Shown: positions 19,129 through 29,184 of the stretch, piece by piece
Numbering within the stretch: position 1 is the first letter of the stretch
Layout of the letters: each line of letters begins with the position of its first letter
Origin: an uncultured Verrucomicrobiae bacterium
Lineage (GTDB): Bacteria > Verrucomicrobiota > Verrucomicrobiia > Chthoniobacterales > JAFAMB01
Assembly (NCBI GenBank): GCA_963837955.1
Contig: CAWIPH010000002.1
Location: forward strand, 736,001 to 800,000
Direction: 5' to 3'
Length of the DNA stretch: 64,000 nt
Notes under the pieces: model-generated
Seen by the model: the letters and a program-made list of their open reading frames with translations, nothing else
Told to the model about the DNA's origin: nothing
Database searches by the model: none
Made by a program: the position numbers and the translations under genes

Positions 19129-20451
19129 ATGCTCGAACGCCTCTTCTCCCTATCAGAACATCATACTGCTCCGGCACGTGAGATCGTTGCCGGTCTTACC
19201 ACCTTTGCCGCCATGGCCTATATCCTGGCGGTAAATCCGGCAATTCTTTCACAGGCAGGTATCGACAAAGGCGCGCTGGTTACGGCCACGGCTTTGGCCT
19301 CAGCAGTCATGACTATCATCATGGCGCTTGCTACCAACTATCCTATCGCACTCGCTCCCGGCATGGGCGTTAACGCGTTCTTTACCTACACGATTTGTCT
19401 AGCCAAAGGAGTGCCGTGGCCGGCTGCGCTCGGATTTGTTTTCTATAGCGGCTTGATTTTCCTGATTTTGTCGGTAACCGGCCTACGTCAAAAACTCATC
19501 GAAGCGATTCCCTTGGAACTGAAGCTGGCAATCACCGCAGGCATCGGATTTTTCATCGCATTGATTGGCTTGGAACACGGCGGAGAGATCATCGCCAATC
19601 CAGTAACATTCGTTAGCCTCGGCGATCTCACCAAGCTGGGGCCCTGGTTAGTCATCATTGGCATTATTCTCACCGCCATTTTGGTTGCCCGAAAGACGCC
19701 TGGCGCCATCGTTCTGGTAATCATTCTGATCACGGTCGTCGGCCTCTTTGTTCCCGCACCTGACGGGTCGGGTACCTTAACGAAACATCCGGACGGGATC
19801 TTCAATTGGCCGTCCTCGTTGAGCCCAACCTTTCTCAAACTCGATCTTGGCTATTTTTGGCAACATCTCTTTACTTCGATACCTTTGGTGTTGGCGCTAT
19901 TGTTCGTCGATCTCTTCGACAACATGGGAACTCTAATCGGGGTTACCAAACGGGCGGGATTATTGGACGAGAAAGGGAACCTACCCAAAGTGGGACGAGC
20001 TTTGATGGCGGATGCCTGCGCGGCGATGTTCGGTTCAATCCTGGGTACCTCGACCGTAACCAGCTACATAGAGAGTGCCGCTGGAGTCGAAGCGGGCGGC
20101 CGTACCGGGCTAACTTCCATCGTCACTGCAATCTGTTTTCTGTTGGCGCTCTTTCTGACGCCGTTGATCTTGATCATCCCGGAGGCTGCGACTGCTCCCG
20201 CGCTGGTTATCGTCGGCGCCTTCATGATGCAGGGATTGGCAGAACTGGACCTTCGCGATTTTACCAAGGCCGCGCCGGCGTTCATGACTATCATTATGAT
20301 GCCGTTCGCCTTCAGCATCAGCGAAGGGATCGCGTTCGGTCTGCTTACCTACGTCGCGATCAAAGTAGGCACCGGTCGAGGGAAAGAAGTCGGCATCGTG
20401 ACTTACGTATTAGCCGGGTTGTTTTTGCTCCATTTTCTGTTTGGGAGGTAA
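19129..20451 (+). CDS. NCS2/AzgA-family purine permease
   Basis: EIVAGLTTFAAMAYILAVNPAIL, PIALAPGMGVNAFF, DLFDNMGTLIG, SYIESAAGVEAGGRTGLT. Confidence 0.95.
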   Translation: MLERLFSLSEHHTAPAREIVAGLTTFAAMAYILAVNPAILSQAGIDKGALVTATALASAVMTIIMALATNYPIALAPGMGVNAFFTYTICLAKGVPWPAALGFVFYSGLIFLILSVTGLRQKLIEAIPLELKLAITAGIGFFIALIGLEHGGEIIANPVTFVSLGDLTKLGPWLVIIGIILTAILVARKTPGAIVLVIILITVVGLFVPAPDGSGTLTKHPDGIFNWPSSLSPTFLKLDLGYFWQHLFTSIPLVLALLFVDLFDNMGTLIGVTKRAGLLDEKGNLPKVGRALMADACAAMFGSILGTSTVTSYIESAAGVEAGGRTGLTSIVTAICFLLALFLTPLILIIPEAATAPALVIVGAFMMQGLAELDLRDFTKAAPAFMTIIMMPFAFSISEGIAFGLLTYVAIKVGTGRGKEVGIVTYVLAGLFLLHFLFGR

Positions 20452-20474
20452 TGGATTTTCGACGCTCCTTTGCA

Positions 20475-20685
20475 GGGAGGGATCGCGTCCTCGCGGGCGA
20501 GGTGCAGTAGCCTGATGCTCCAGCCTCAGGAACAGGGCGCGGTGATTGCGAGAGGTGAGAAGTCATTAGTGAATGGTGGAGGCCTTTCGCCAATCACGAT
20601 TCACCTCTCACCGATCACTGACACACTCCCTGAGGCTAGAGCATCAGGCTACTGCGCTGCGGATCGCGCGGACGCGATCCCTCCC
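20475..20685. repeat. Nested long inverted repeat between convergent genes
   Basis: GGGAGGGATCGCGTCC/GGACGCGATCCCTCCC, GCAGTAGCCTGATGCTCCAGCCTCAGG/CCTGAGGCTAGAGCATCAGGCTACTGC and GAGAGGTGA/TCACCTCTC arms. Confidence 0.9.
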
Positions 20686-20724
20686 CAGGGAACCGATTAG
20701 GGTTTCTGCAGATTGAGCCCGCCC

Positions 20725-21597
20725 TCAATCAAAGTCAGGGTGTACCCTCAGCGTATCGCCGATACGCCGGCGTTCCGGGAGATGATGAATTCGGCGGACC
20801 GCTGCGAGGTAGATCTCGATACTCTGGGCGTGCAACTGCGGATAAAGATCGCTCAAAGTCCTCCACTCCCATGTTCCTAATCCTTCCGCCGGGTTCGAAA
20901 TCGCGATTAGACTCGAGTAGTTCATGTTCAACTGGCGGGCGTATGCCATCTCGGTGGGTACATTCATTGTTACCAGGTCGCCGCCGAGCTGTTTAAACAT
21001 TCTGATCTCGGCCGCAGTCTCAAATCGCCCGCCAGCCGCTTGAACGATCACGCCTCCTTCATGGACATTCTCTTTCCCGGCAACTCGAGCGGTTTCCTCA
21101 CCCAGGATCTTTCTCAGGATCGGGTCATCTGCCGGAATATGGCGTGGCAGAATCCTGGCCGCTTCCGGGCCGAGGACTTGAGCGGCAATAGAGCGTTTCC
21201 GATCGATATTGAAATCGATAAAATCGTCCGCAATAACCCAGTCGCCCAGCTTGTATGCGGGATTAATGCTGCCGGCTGTTGCACCGCCCAGAACGTCGCT
21301 GACGCCCAGATGATGCAGAGTACCCCAAACCGTCAGCAGGGAATCCTGTTCGACGACTCCCGATTGGTCAGTGGAAGAGCCATGGAGCGCGACGTGATAA
21401 AAAGGTACTCGTTCGGTTTCTCCGTAATAGATGGATGGAGATAAGCCAAGCGGTGTCTCTAGCGTAAAAGCGGCCGAGACATGAGACGAGGTGGCGAGTG
21501 CATGCGCGACGTTTGTACCGCCAACGATGCAAATGTTGGCTTCTGGCGGTTTTATGGGGCTGTAACGTGAGTAGTGAGTAACAGGTAGTGAGTCCAT
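20725..21597 (-). CDS. Divergent MTAP/PNP-family nucleoside phosphorylase
   Basis: CIVGGT, ETPLG, TAGSINP...GDWVIADDFIDF, GRFETAAEIRMF...GGDLVTM...E, ISNPAEG. Start set at MDSLP; the ORF-track extension runs through a repeat. Confidence 0.85.
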   Translation of the reverse strand: MDSLPVTHYSRYSPIKPPEANICIVGGTNVAHALATSSHVSAAFTLETPLGLSPSIYYGETERVPFYHVALHGSSTDQSGVVEQDSLLTVWGTLHHLGVSDVLGGATAGSINPAYKLGDWVIADDFIDFNIDRKRSIAAQVLGPEAARILPRHIPADDPILRKILGEETARVAGKENVHEGGVIVQAAGGRFETAAEIRMFKQLGGDLVTMNVPTEMAYARQLNMNYSSLIAISNPAEGLGTWEWRTLSDLYPQLHAQSIEIYLAAVRRIHHLPERRRIGDTLRVHPDFD

Positions 21598-21697
21598 TGT
21601 TCGAACAGGAGGTAAAAGCAGGAATTTTGAGTGTAGAACGCATCTCAAATACTGGACTGTGTTTGTCACGCGCTTTCTTGTCCCAGGCTTAACCCTA

Positions 21698-21796
21698 GAC
21701 AACGCCGACAACGCCGACAACGCCGACAACGCCGACAACGCCGACAACGCTGACAACGCCGACAACGCCGACAACGCCGACAACGCCGACAACGCC
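21698..21796. repeat. Nonamer tandem repeat (GACAACGCC)x11
   Basis: Counted directly, one copy reads GACAACGCT; intergenic between the cupin and the phosphorylase. Confidence 0.95.
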
Positions 21797-21812
21797 AAAC
21801 GCCAAACGCGCA

Positions 21813-22175
21813 TTACTCGACCAGCACCTGGTCTTCGGCGGTCCACTCCGGTGAACAACAGGCAAGCAGCACGAGAGGAACGGCCCCGTTATTGGTGATC
21901 TTGTGGCGCATTCCCGGCAGAATAATCACAGTGTCGCCCGGGTTCACTTGCTGTTCTTCGCCATCGATCTGCATCAGGCCGGTGCCGCTCAGAATATAAT
22001 AAAATTCTTCAATGACCCTGTGGAAATGTTCGGTGACCGATTCGCCGGGCGCAATGGTGGCCTCGGCCAGGCTCTGTTTCCGAGCAGATGAGTTCCTGCT
22101 AGCTGCGAATTCTCGAATTATAGCTTTATCGGGAGCAACGAAAGCTGGTACTGAATCGCGGTGGATGATTTCCAT
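21813..22175 (-). CDS. Cupin_2 domain protein
   Basis: MEIIHRD start; SLAEATIAPG...HFH...EEFYYILSG.G...PGMRHKITN. Confidence 0.88.
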   Translation of the reverse strand: MEIIHRDSVPAFVAPDKAIIREFAASRNSSARKQSLAEATIAPGESVTEHFHRVIEEFYYILSGTGLMQIDGEEQQVNPGDTVIILPGMRHKITNNGAVPLVLLACCSPEWTAEDQVLVE

Positions 22176-22241
22176 TGTCAAAAGGGAGTTAGCTTTTTCT
22201 ATGCCATGCCTTGGTATGTAACCTGCTGAATCCGCAGCCCC

Positions 22242-23348
22242 ATGCTGTTGCGAGTTCTTTCCTTTGTCCTTCTTTTCCAGACGCTTCACGGCGTCAGCGC
22301 CGCAGACGAAGCAAATGTCTTTACTCCGCCGACTGCCGACCATCCACTGAAAGTCAAAGTGGTCGTCGTCGCAATGTTCGAGGTCGGAGCGGATACCGGC
22401 GATGTTCCGGGCGAATTTCAATTTTGGGTGGAACGACGCAAACTCGATCACATCATCCCTCTGCCTTCAGCATATCATGACGTGCGCACGGACGGGAATG
22501 GTTTGATCGGAACCGTCACCGGCGAAGGCACCGCAAAGGCGGCAACGTCAATCATGGCCCTAGGGCTCGACCCACGTTTTGATTTTTCTCAAGCGTACTG
22601 GTTAGTCGCTGGGATCGCGGGAATCGATCCGAATCGCGGAACAACAGGTAGCGCTGTTTGGGCCGACTACGTTGTCGATGGAGACTTGGCTCACGAAATC
22701 GATAGTCGGGAGATCCCGAAAGATTGGCCGGACGGTTTTACGCCGTTGGGAAAGGCGGTACCGTTTGAGCAGCCGCGTCGCCAATCCATTGGTGAAGTCT
22801 ACACTTTGAATTCCAGTCTGGTGCACTGGGCTTATGAACTCACTAAGTCAGTGCAATTGGGCGACAACGAAAAGGCGCGAAGCGATCGGGCTCGGTATCG
22901 TGGTTTCCCCGCCGCGCTGGCCGGACCACACGTGTTGATCGGCGCTACGCTTTCCAGCAGCACCTATTGGCATGGGAAGCTACTCAACCAATGGGCTCAC
23001 GACTGGGTCAAATACTGGACCGATGGGAAAGGCGAATACTACACAACAGCAATGGAGGACACTGGAACAATGCAGGCATTGACTAATTTGGGAAAATCGG
23101 GCCGCATCGATCTCGGTCGCGTGCTCGTGCTTCGTACGGCCAGCAACTTTGATTCACCGCCGCCTGGAGTCTCCGCTGCCCAGGATTTGAAGGACCAGGA
23201 GAGCGGCCATTATTCAGCCTATATCCCGAGCTTGGAAGCGGCTTTCACCGTTGGTAATCGGGTTGCATCTGAATTGATCGATCACTGGGATACCTATTCG
23301 GTTCAAGTTCCCAGTTCGGCGCCATCGTCCAGCCCGAAATCCAACTGA
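22242..23348 (+). CDS. Purine nucleoside permease (NUP) family protein, secreted
   Basis: Signal peptide; [54 protein letters not shown]. Confidence 0.88.
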   Translation: MLLRVLSFVLLFQTLHGVSAADEANVFTPPTADHPLKVKVVVVAMFEVGADTGDVPGEFQFWVERRKLDHIIPLPSAYHDVRTDGNGLIGTVTGEGTAKAATSIMALGLDPRFDFSQAYWLVAGIAGIDPNRGTTGSAVWADYVVDGDLAHEIDSREIPKDWPDGFTPLGKAVPFEQPRRQSIGEVYTLNSSLVHWAYELTKSVQLGDNEKARSDRARYRGFPAALAGPHVLIGATLSSSTYWHGKLLNQWAHDWVKYWTDGKGEYYTTAMEDTGTMQALTNLGKSGRIDLGRVLVLRTASNFDSPPPGVSAAQDLKDQESGHYSAYIPSLEAAFTVGNRVASELIDHWDTYSVQVPSSAPSSSPKSN

Positions 23349-23353
23349 CTATC

Positions 23354-25144
23354 ATGACTCGCTTTGATGTGCCTCCCTTGGCCAATGTCACTCGCCACTT
23401 GGCCGACGTAGCTGCTGAACGATTGCCCCCCGACCTCGTGATCACCGGAGGACGCGTGCTGTCTGTATATACGGATAGAGTACTACCGAATCGCGAGTTG
23501 TGGATTAGTCAGGGCCGGATCGCGGCCGTGAAATCCGTTGGAGCATGTCGAGCCTCCGGCGTAGCCCTTTATGATGTTAAAGGGGGGATTTTGGCGCCGG
23601 GTCTGGTCGATCCGCATGTTCACATCGAGAGCAGCATGATGACCGCGTGCGCATATGCTGAAGCGGCCTTGCTCAACGGAACAACTACTCTCTTCTGTGA
23701 TAGTCATGAAATCGGTAACGTGTGCGATCAGGCGGGGATCGAGTGGATGCTCGAAGACGCGCGACAAGCTCCCCTTAACATTTTTCTCACCGTACCAAGT
23801 ACGATTCCCGCTACTCACCCCGGCTTGGAAACGGCCGGAGGCGATTTAACTCCGGAAAAAATAGGCGCGATTTTCGATCGTTGGCCGGAAGCCGTCGCGC
23901 TCGGGGAAAAGATGGATTTTATTCAAGTGGTAGAAGGGGATCTTCGGGCTCACGCAATTCTGGCAGAAGCGTTGCGTCGTGGCCGGCCAGTTTGCGGCCA
24001 TATTTATGGACGCGCTTTTGTAGCCGCCTACGCTGCTTCGGGAGTAACCGATACGCACGAAGCTATCGATCCAGAGATTGCGGAAGATTTCTTGGAGGGA
24101 GGGCTTTGGCTTTTCCTGCGGGGAGGACCTCCGACCACCCCATGGAATAGTCTGCCACAGGCGATCAAAGTTGTGACACACGGAGGTGCAAGTCCGAAAC
24201 GGGTGTGTGTGTGCACGGATGATCGGGACGCTGACGACCTTTTTCTTTTCGGCTTAGATTGGGTGGTCCGCGAGGCTGTCCAGTGTGGGATGCCATCTAC
24301 GACTGCCTGGAGCTGTGGATCGCTGCATCCGGCAACTCGTTATGGGCTAGACGGCGAACTTGGTGCTCTTGGACCGTCGCGGCGAGCGGACATCGTGTTA
24401 TTGAATGACGACCTTCAACCGCAATCCACCTGGTTCGGTGGGAGCTTGGTTGTCGAAGGACGCAAGCCGACCGAGGCCCTGGAACGAGCCTTGGAGAAAC
24501 GCTATCAGTATCCAAGTCGCGCTTACCGCACGGTGTCAATCCAGGAGACGGTTGCATTGATTCCGACACTCCCGGCGACAGAAGTGAGCGCGAACTTAAT
24601 TAGTTTGGAGGGCGCGAGCATTCCAACCAAACATGAAGTCGCTAAAATAAAACCGGCGGCAGACTGGCCTACATTGTTGGCGCGGGAGAATTGCTGTTTT
24701 CTCACCGTCGTAGAACGTTATGGGAAGAATGGTGGCGTGGCCTTCGGATTGTTGAAAAACTTTGGTTTGAAAGACGCTGCAGTCGCGAGTTCCGTCGGAC
24801 ACGACGCGCACAATATCGTTGTGGCGGGAACCAACGAAACAGACATGCGAACCGCGCTCAAATTCATGAAGGAATCGCAAGGAGGGATTTGCATTGTTCG
24901 CGGCGGGAAGATCGTTGCCTCCGTCAGACTACCGATTGCCGGCCTTTTGTCAGATGCTCGAGCCTCTCAGGTCGCCCAAGAAGCAACGTTGCTGAAAAAA
25001 GTGTGGAACGATGTTGGTTGTCGACTTCCGTATATGGGATTTAATCTGCTGCCGCTCTCTGTCATCCCGGAAATCCGGCTTACCGACAAAGGATTAGTTT
25101 TGTGCCCGGCCATGAAAATAGTACCACTGTTTGAGCCGGCATGA
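23354..25144 (+). CDS. ade: Adenine deaminase
   Basis: [68 protein letters not shown]. Confidence 0.92.
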   Translation: MTRFDVPPLANVTRHLADVAAERLPPDLVITGGRVLSVYTDRVLPNRELWISQGRIAAVKSVGACRASGVALYDVKGGILAPGLVDPHVHIESSMMTACAYAEAALLNGTTTLFCDSHEIGNVCDQAGIEWMLEDARQAPLNIFLTVPSTIPATHPGLETAGGDLTPEKIGAIFDRWPEAVALGEKMDFIQVVEGDLRAHAILAEALRRGRPVCGHIYGRAFVAAYAASGVTDTHEAIDPEIAEDFLEGGLWLFLRGGPPTTPWNSLPQAIKVVTHGGASPKRVCVCTDDRDADDLFLFGLDWVVREAVQCGMPSTTAWSCGSLHPATRYGLDGELGALGPSRRADIVLLNDDLQPQSTWFGGSLVVEGRKPTEALERALEKRYQYPSRAYRTVSIQETVALIPTLPATEVSANLISLEGASIPTKHEVAKIKPAADWPTLLARENCCFLTVVERYGKNGGVAFGLLKNFGLKDAAVASSVGHDAHNIVVAGTNETDMRTALKFMKESQGGICIVRGGKIVASVRLPIAGLLSDARASQVAQEATLLKKVWNDVGCRLPYMGFNLLPLSVIPEIRLTDKGLVLCPAMKIVPLFEPA

Positions 25145-26049
25145 GCTTCCGATGTGCGTTCCTTCTAGTTCTCCTTGGCTCCTTTTGGGTTGACCGGGGC
25201 GTCGCGGCCGGATGGCAAAGGATTGGTGTTGTCTCGGCGTTCGATCCTGAACTAAAGGCTGTCGAGGCAGCGATCATCCCGAAGAGAGCTGCAAGCAAAA
25301 TCGAGGAAATCAATGGAACGCGTTTTCGATTGATCGATCTTTACGGCAAGCATCTCTATTTTTTTCTGTCGGGCGTGAGCATGGTCAATGCAGCACTGAC
25401 AACGCAAATGGCCATCGACCACTTCCAACTTGATGCGATCATCTTCTCCGGCATTGCGGGCGCAGTGGATCCGAGCCTCCATCCTGGTGATGTAGCGGTA
25501 CCTGCCCACTGGATTCACCAAATTGAGTCGGATTGGCTGAATCCCGATTCGCACAAACCGGGAAGCTACGTTTTTCCGCAATATTTCCGCCCAAAGTACG
25601 GACACTTCGAAATGATTTTTCCTTCGGATGTGGAAGTGGTGAGAAAGGGCGAGGCCAAGAGCCGTGAAGTGCACGCCTTTCCGGCGGATCCCTATCTATT
25701 GGACTGCGCAAAGAGCGCCGCGAACCGGGTGCATCTAGTCGATACCAAAGGGGAACACCGCACTGTCTATGTTGGCGGCATTGCTATGAGCGGACCGGTC
25801 TTTCTGGACAATCGCGACTTTCGTGAATTTGCTTTCCACACTTGGAAAGTTCGCTTGCACGAGATGGAAGGGACCGCGATCGCTCAAGTCGGATACATCA
25901 ATCGGGTTCCGGTCTTGATCATCCGTGGGATCAGCGATTTGGCCGGCGGTCAGCGCGGTCCGAATTGGGAGGAAATTTATACACGCCTTGCTTCGAGAAA
26001 CGCTGCGCTGGTAACGGCAGAGACCTTGAAACAGATGAATGGTCACTAA
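25141..26049 (+). CDS. MTA/SAH nucleosidase-like (PNP_UDP_1) protein with signal peptide
   Basis: Hydrophobic N-terminus; [47 protein letters not shown]. Confidence 0.85.
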   Translation: MSFRCAFLLVLLGSFWVDRGVAAGWQRIGVVSAFDPELKAVEAAIIPKRAASKIEEINGTRFRLIDLYGKHLYFFLSGVSMVNAALTTQMAIDHFQLDAIIFSGIAGAVDPSLHPGDVAVPAHWIHQIESDWLNPDSHKPGSYVFPQYFRPKYGHFEMIFPSDVEVVRKGEAKSREVHAFPADPYLLDCAKSAANRVHLVDTKGEHRTVYVGGIAMSGPVFLDNRDFREFAFHTWKVRLHEMEGTAIAQVGYINRVPVLIIRGISDLAGGQRGPNWEEIYTRLASRNAALVTAETLKQMNGH

Positions 26050-26076
26050 AATTGGTTTTCTCGTAGAGCGGATCTT

Positions 26077-26826
26077 ATGGCGAAAGAGCTAGTCTATGGA
26101 AACACGCGGACATTTGTCGGCGCTCGACATGCGCTGATAAGCCCGGATAGTCACGTTCCGAGCGTGGTGGCCGGTGTCGAAAATGCGACGGTCGTAGTAC
26201 TGATTTCACCGGCGATGGGTGCCGCTTTCACGCAACTTCTAGTGACGTTCAATCAAGGGGGTCGTGTCTTTTTGCCGGCAGATGAAAACGAGCGATTTCT
26301 ATTCATTGCGAGCGGCGGCCTGCAGGTAACGGCTTGCGGCAAATTATGCGAGCTGGTTGAAGGCGGTTACGCTTATGTACCCGCTGCCCAATCACTGGAG
26401 TTAACTGAAGCCAAAGCAGGGACGATAGTTAATTTTTTTATAAAAAAGTATATTCCACAGCCAGGTACGCCTGAACCGGCATTCGTTGCCGGACGGGAAC
26501 AAGAGATAGTGAGCCAGCCTTTTTTGGGAGACGAGGCTGCGCGCCTGCAGGTTTTGCTACCTGAAACACTCAGCTTTGATCTTGCAGTGAACATCTTTAA
26601 TTATCAGCCGGGCGCCCATCTGCCGTTCGTCGAGACCCACATTATGGAGCACGGTCTGTTAATGCTGAATGGCCGGGGCGTTTATCGCTTGGAGGACGCC
26701 TGGTACCCGGTTGCCGCCGGTGATTGCATCTGGATGGCGCCTTACTGTCCCCAATGGTTCGTCGCGATGGGCAAATCTCCCACGCGATATTTGTACTACA
26801 AGGATGTTAACCGCGCCGCGATCTAG
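26077..26826 (+). CDS. allE: (S)-ureidoglycine aminohydrolase (bicupin)
   Basis: LPFVETHIMEHGL, G.GVYRL...WYPV.AGD.IWMAPYCPQWF, YLYYKDVNR. Confidence 0.93.
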   Translation: MAKELVYGNTRTFVGARHALISPDSHVPSVVAGVENATVVVLISPAMGAAFTQLLVTFNQGGRVFLPADENERFLFIASGGLQVTACGKLCELVEGGYAYVPAAQSLELTEAKAGTIVNFFIKKYIPQPGTPEPAFVAGREQEIVSQPFLGDEAARLQVLLPETLSFDLAVNIFNYQPGAHLPFVETHIMEHGLLMLNGRGVYRLEDAWYPVAAGDCIWMAPYCPQWFVAMGKSPTRYLYYKDVNRAAI

Positions 26827-26958
26827 TTAGACCCGTACGGGTAGGGCGAAACAGATCCGGCGAAGGCAGGATCTGTGAGCGTGGAGTGATGGAGTAATGG
26901 AGTAATGGAGTACGCCTCGGCGTGGCGGATCCGCGCCGGAATTCTAAATCGCGGCAAA

Positions 26959-27881
26959 CTATTCAAATCGGAGCTTCTCCTTTGCCCGCTTTTGGCAAAG
27001 GTCGACCAGCGCCCGCAACAAGGCCGAGGAGTCGTGTCGACGATAAGCGAGGTGGCAGGTGATCTTCGGGACGGGTCGCACCAATCGGTGATACGTGGTT
27101 CCACCAATGCAGAGATGCTTAAGAGATTCGATCAACGTGGCAATCGCTATCCCGCAGGCGACCTGCGAGATGGCGCGCGGTCGCGGCGATACTTCATCAA
27201 TTATTTGGGGACTGAACCCAGCTCGATGGCAGCACCCGATGATCTCGTCATATAACACCGGGTTGGCGGCTCGGGGAAAAAGATCCAGGATTCCTCCCGC
27301 AACATTTCCAATGGTACTTCCGGCCGTCTGGCAAGGGGATGACCGGGCGGAAGGACCAGCCCAACTTCCAGAGAGAGCAAGCGCAGGCTGGTTAGCTCAG
27401 CATGGGTTGGGGGCAAAAGCGTGAAGGCGCAATCGATCTTGTCCTGGAGCAAATCGTCAAAGAATCCCTGAGAAGTGTTCTGGTGGAAACTGAGCCGAAG
27501 ATCCGGTCTTTCCAGCCGAAGGGTTCGCAGCGCCGGAGCCAGCACCTCGGTAGCTATATGGCCAGCTTCACCAATTCGGAGGTGACCAATACCGCCGCGG
27601 GCTGCGGATTTCGTGGCGTCGGTCAACTGCTCGAGATGCGCGAAGAGGGCTGGGAGACGAGCTACCAGTTCTCGTCCTTCCATTGTCAGGCGGAGCTTTC
27701 TCGGTGCGCGGTCAAACAGAGCAATTCCTAGGGCTGCTTCCAGATTCTGGATTTGCCGGCTTAAAGCCGGTTGCGCGACATGCAGGGTCTTGGCGGCGCT
27801 TCGATAGCTGCCAGTTCGGGCAATTTCGGCAAAAGAAACTAACTGTCGCAGATCAAAACTATGATAGCGAAATGATGTCAT
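26959..27881 (-). pseudogene. LysR-family regulator split by a 1-nt frameshift
   Basis: FDLRQLVSF...AAKTLHVAQPALSRQIQNLE HTH in one frame; the substrate-binding C-terminus (RAANPVLYDEIIGCCHRAGFSP...VACGIAIA) continues in another frame at TTTTTCCCCGA (~27271-27281). Confidence 0.8.
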
Positions 27882-27934
27882 GTGATCGAATTGTGATATT
27901 CGAATTATATCATTGCTTTGGATAATTTCTTTTC

Positions 27935-28693
27935 GTGCAAGCAAAAGAAATTCGTAACAGCGAAAACAGCAAAACAAACCTGAGAGGCCAGCGCGTTATC
28001 ATCATCGGTGGTACATCCGGACTAGGTTTCGCTACGGCCGAGGCAGCGGCCCAGGAGGGCGCTGCTGTAGTTGTCGCGTCAAGTAGTAGAGCCAAAGTGG
28101 ATAGCGCCATTGCGCGGCTTCCGGATGGATCGGAGGGTCACGTGCTCGACCTTTCCAATGAGGAGGAAGTACGGGCCTTCTTTGATCGCATCGGCGAATT
28201 TGATCACCTGGTGTTCACTGCCGGAGAGGCGTTGCGGCTTGGGATGCTCAATGACACCAGTCTGGAACAAGCGAAACAATTTTTTAACATCCGCTTCTGG
28301 GGCGCATTCATCGCTGCGAAATATGGCAGCTGTAAAATAAGGTCCGGCGGATCGATCATCCTCACTAACGGCATCGCGGGACTGCGTCCGGCCAAAGGGT
28401 GGACAGTTGCGGCGAGCATCACCGGTGCGGTCGAATCATTAACTCGAGCGTTGGCAATCGAACTGGCGCCCATCCGCGTCAATTTAGTCTGCGCTGGTTT
28501 TGTGAAGACTGAATTGTGGAACGGTATGCCAGAGGCGGAACGGAACGAAATGTTCGATCAAGCCGCCCAGAAGTTGCCGGCTGGCCGGGTGGGAGAGGCG
28601 GCTGACTTAGCCGAGGCGTATCTCTATCTGATGCGTGAAAGATTTAGCACCGGAGCAGTCATCGTGGTGGATGGCGGTGGCGTCTTAGCCTAG
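27935..28693 (+). CDS. SDR-family oxidoreductase
   Basis: IIGGTSGLGFATA, FDHLVFTAG, LAIELAPIRVN, VVDGG; divergent from the LysR. Confidence 0.92.
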   Translation: MQAKEIRNSENSKTNLRGQRVIIIGGTSGLGFATAEAAAQEGAAVVVASSSRAKVDSAIARLPDGSEGHVLDLSNEEEVRAFFDRIGEFDHLVFTAGEALRLGMLNDTSLEQAKQFFNIRFWGAFIAAKYGSCKIRSGGSIILTNGIAGLRPAKGWTVAASITGAVESLTRALAIELAPIRVNLVCAGFVKTELWNGMPEAERNEMFDQAAQKLPAGRVGEAADLAEAYLYLMRERFSTGAVIVVDGGGVLA

Positions 28694-29184
28694 TTCGTCA
28701 CAGCTTTGCGGGTCTCGAGTCTCCTCGAGCGGGCGAGTGGCTCTGAGTCCCCCATACTCGAACTCGTCGTCGTCCTCGAAATCGCGTTAACGCAGGCCTT
28801 GCGCTGCCGGTCAAACGCCATTTGGGATCTTAGTTTCCCACCGTCGTTCGTCGAGGACGAGTACATACGAGTGCGATCCTTTGGTTTCTTGCTGCAACAA
28901 GAACCGGTAGACGTTCTCGGGCACTCGCTAGTCGCTGATTGGTCCTTTTCTGTTCCCGTTCGGGCGATCAGGTTTCGCCCCATCGAATCGCGTTCTCGAC
29001 GACGCGTTTCACGAATCCTTCGTCGAGCGCTTCCCGAGAGAACCTGCGACGATAAAAGAGAGGTCCGAGGATCAAAGCGACGAGTCTCGGTAGGGCGCCG
29101 GCTGCGCGACTCCGCACAAATCATAAACCTAAAAAATCTGCGTCTAGTGGGTGAAGCTTACACCCACAAGAACTACCGTTTCAT

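Noticed and set aside
21598..21858. ALS-repeat N-terminal extension of the phosphorylase and the opposite-strand DNA-repeat ORF
   Set aside because: Artefacts of a frame-preserving 9-mer; the extension overlaps the cupin gene and family motifs start after MDSLP.
26853..26940. TGGAGTAA octamer run and small hairpins after allE
   Set aside because: Only about four copies; probably minor repeat or terminator sequence with no further support.
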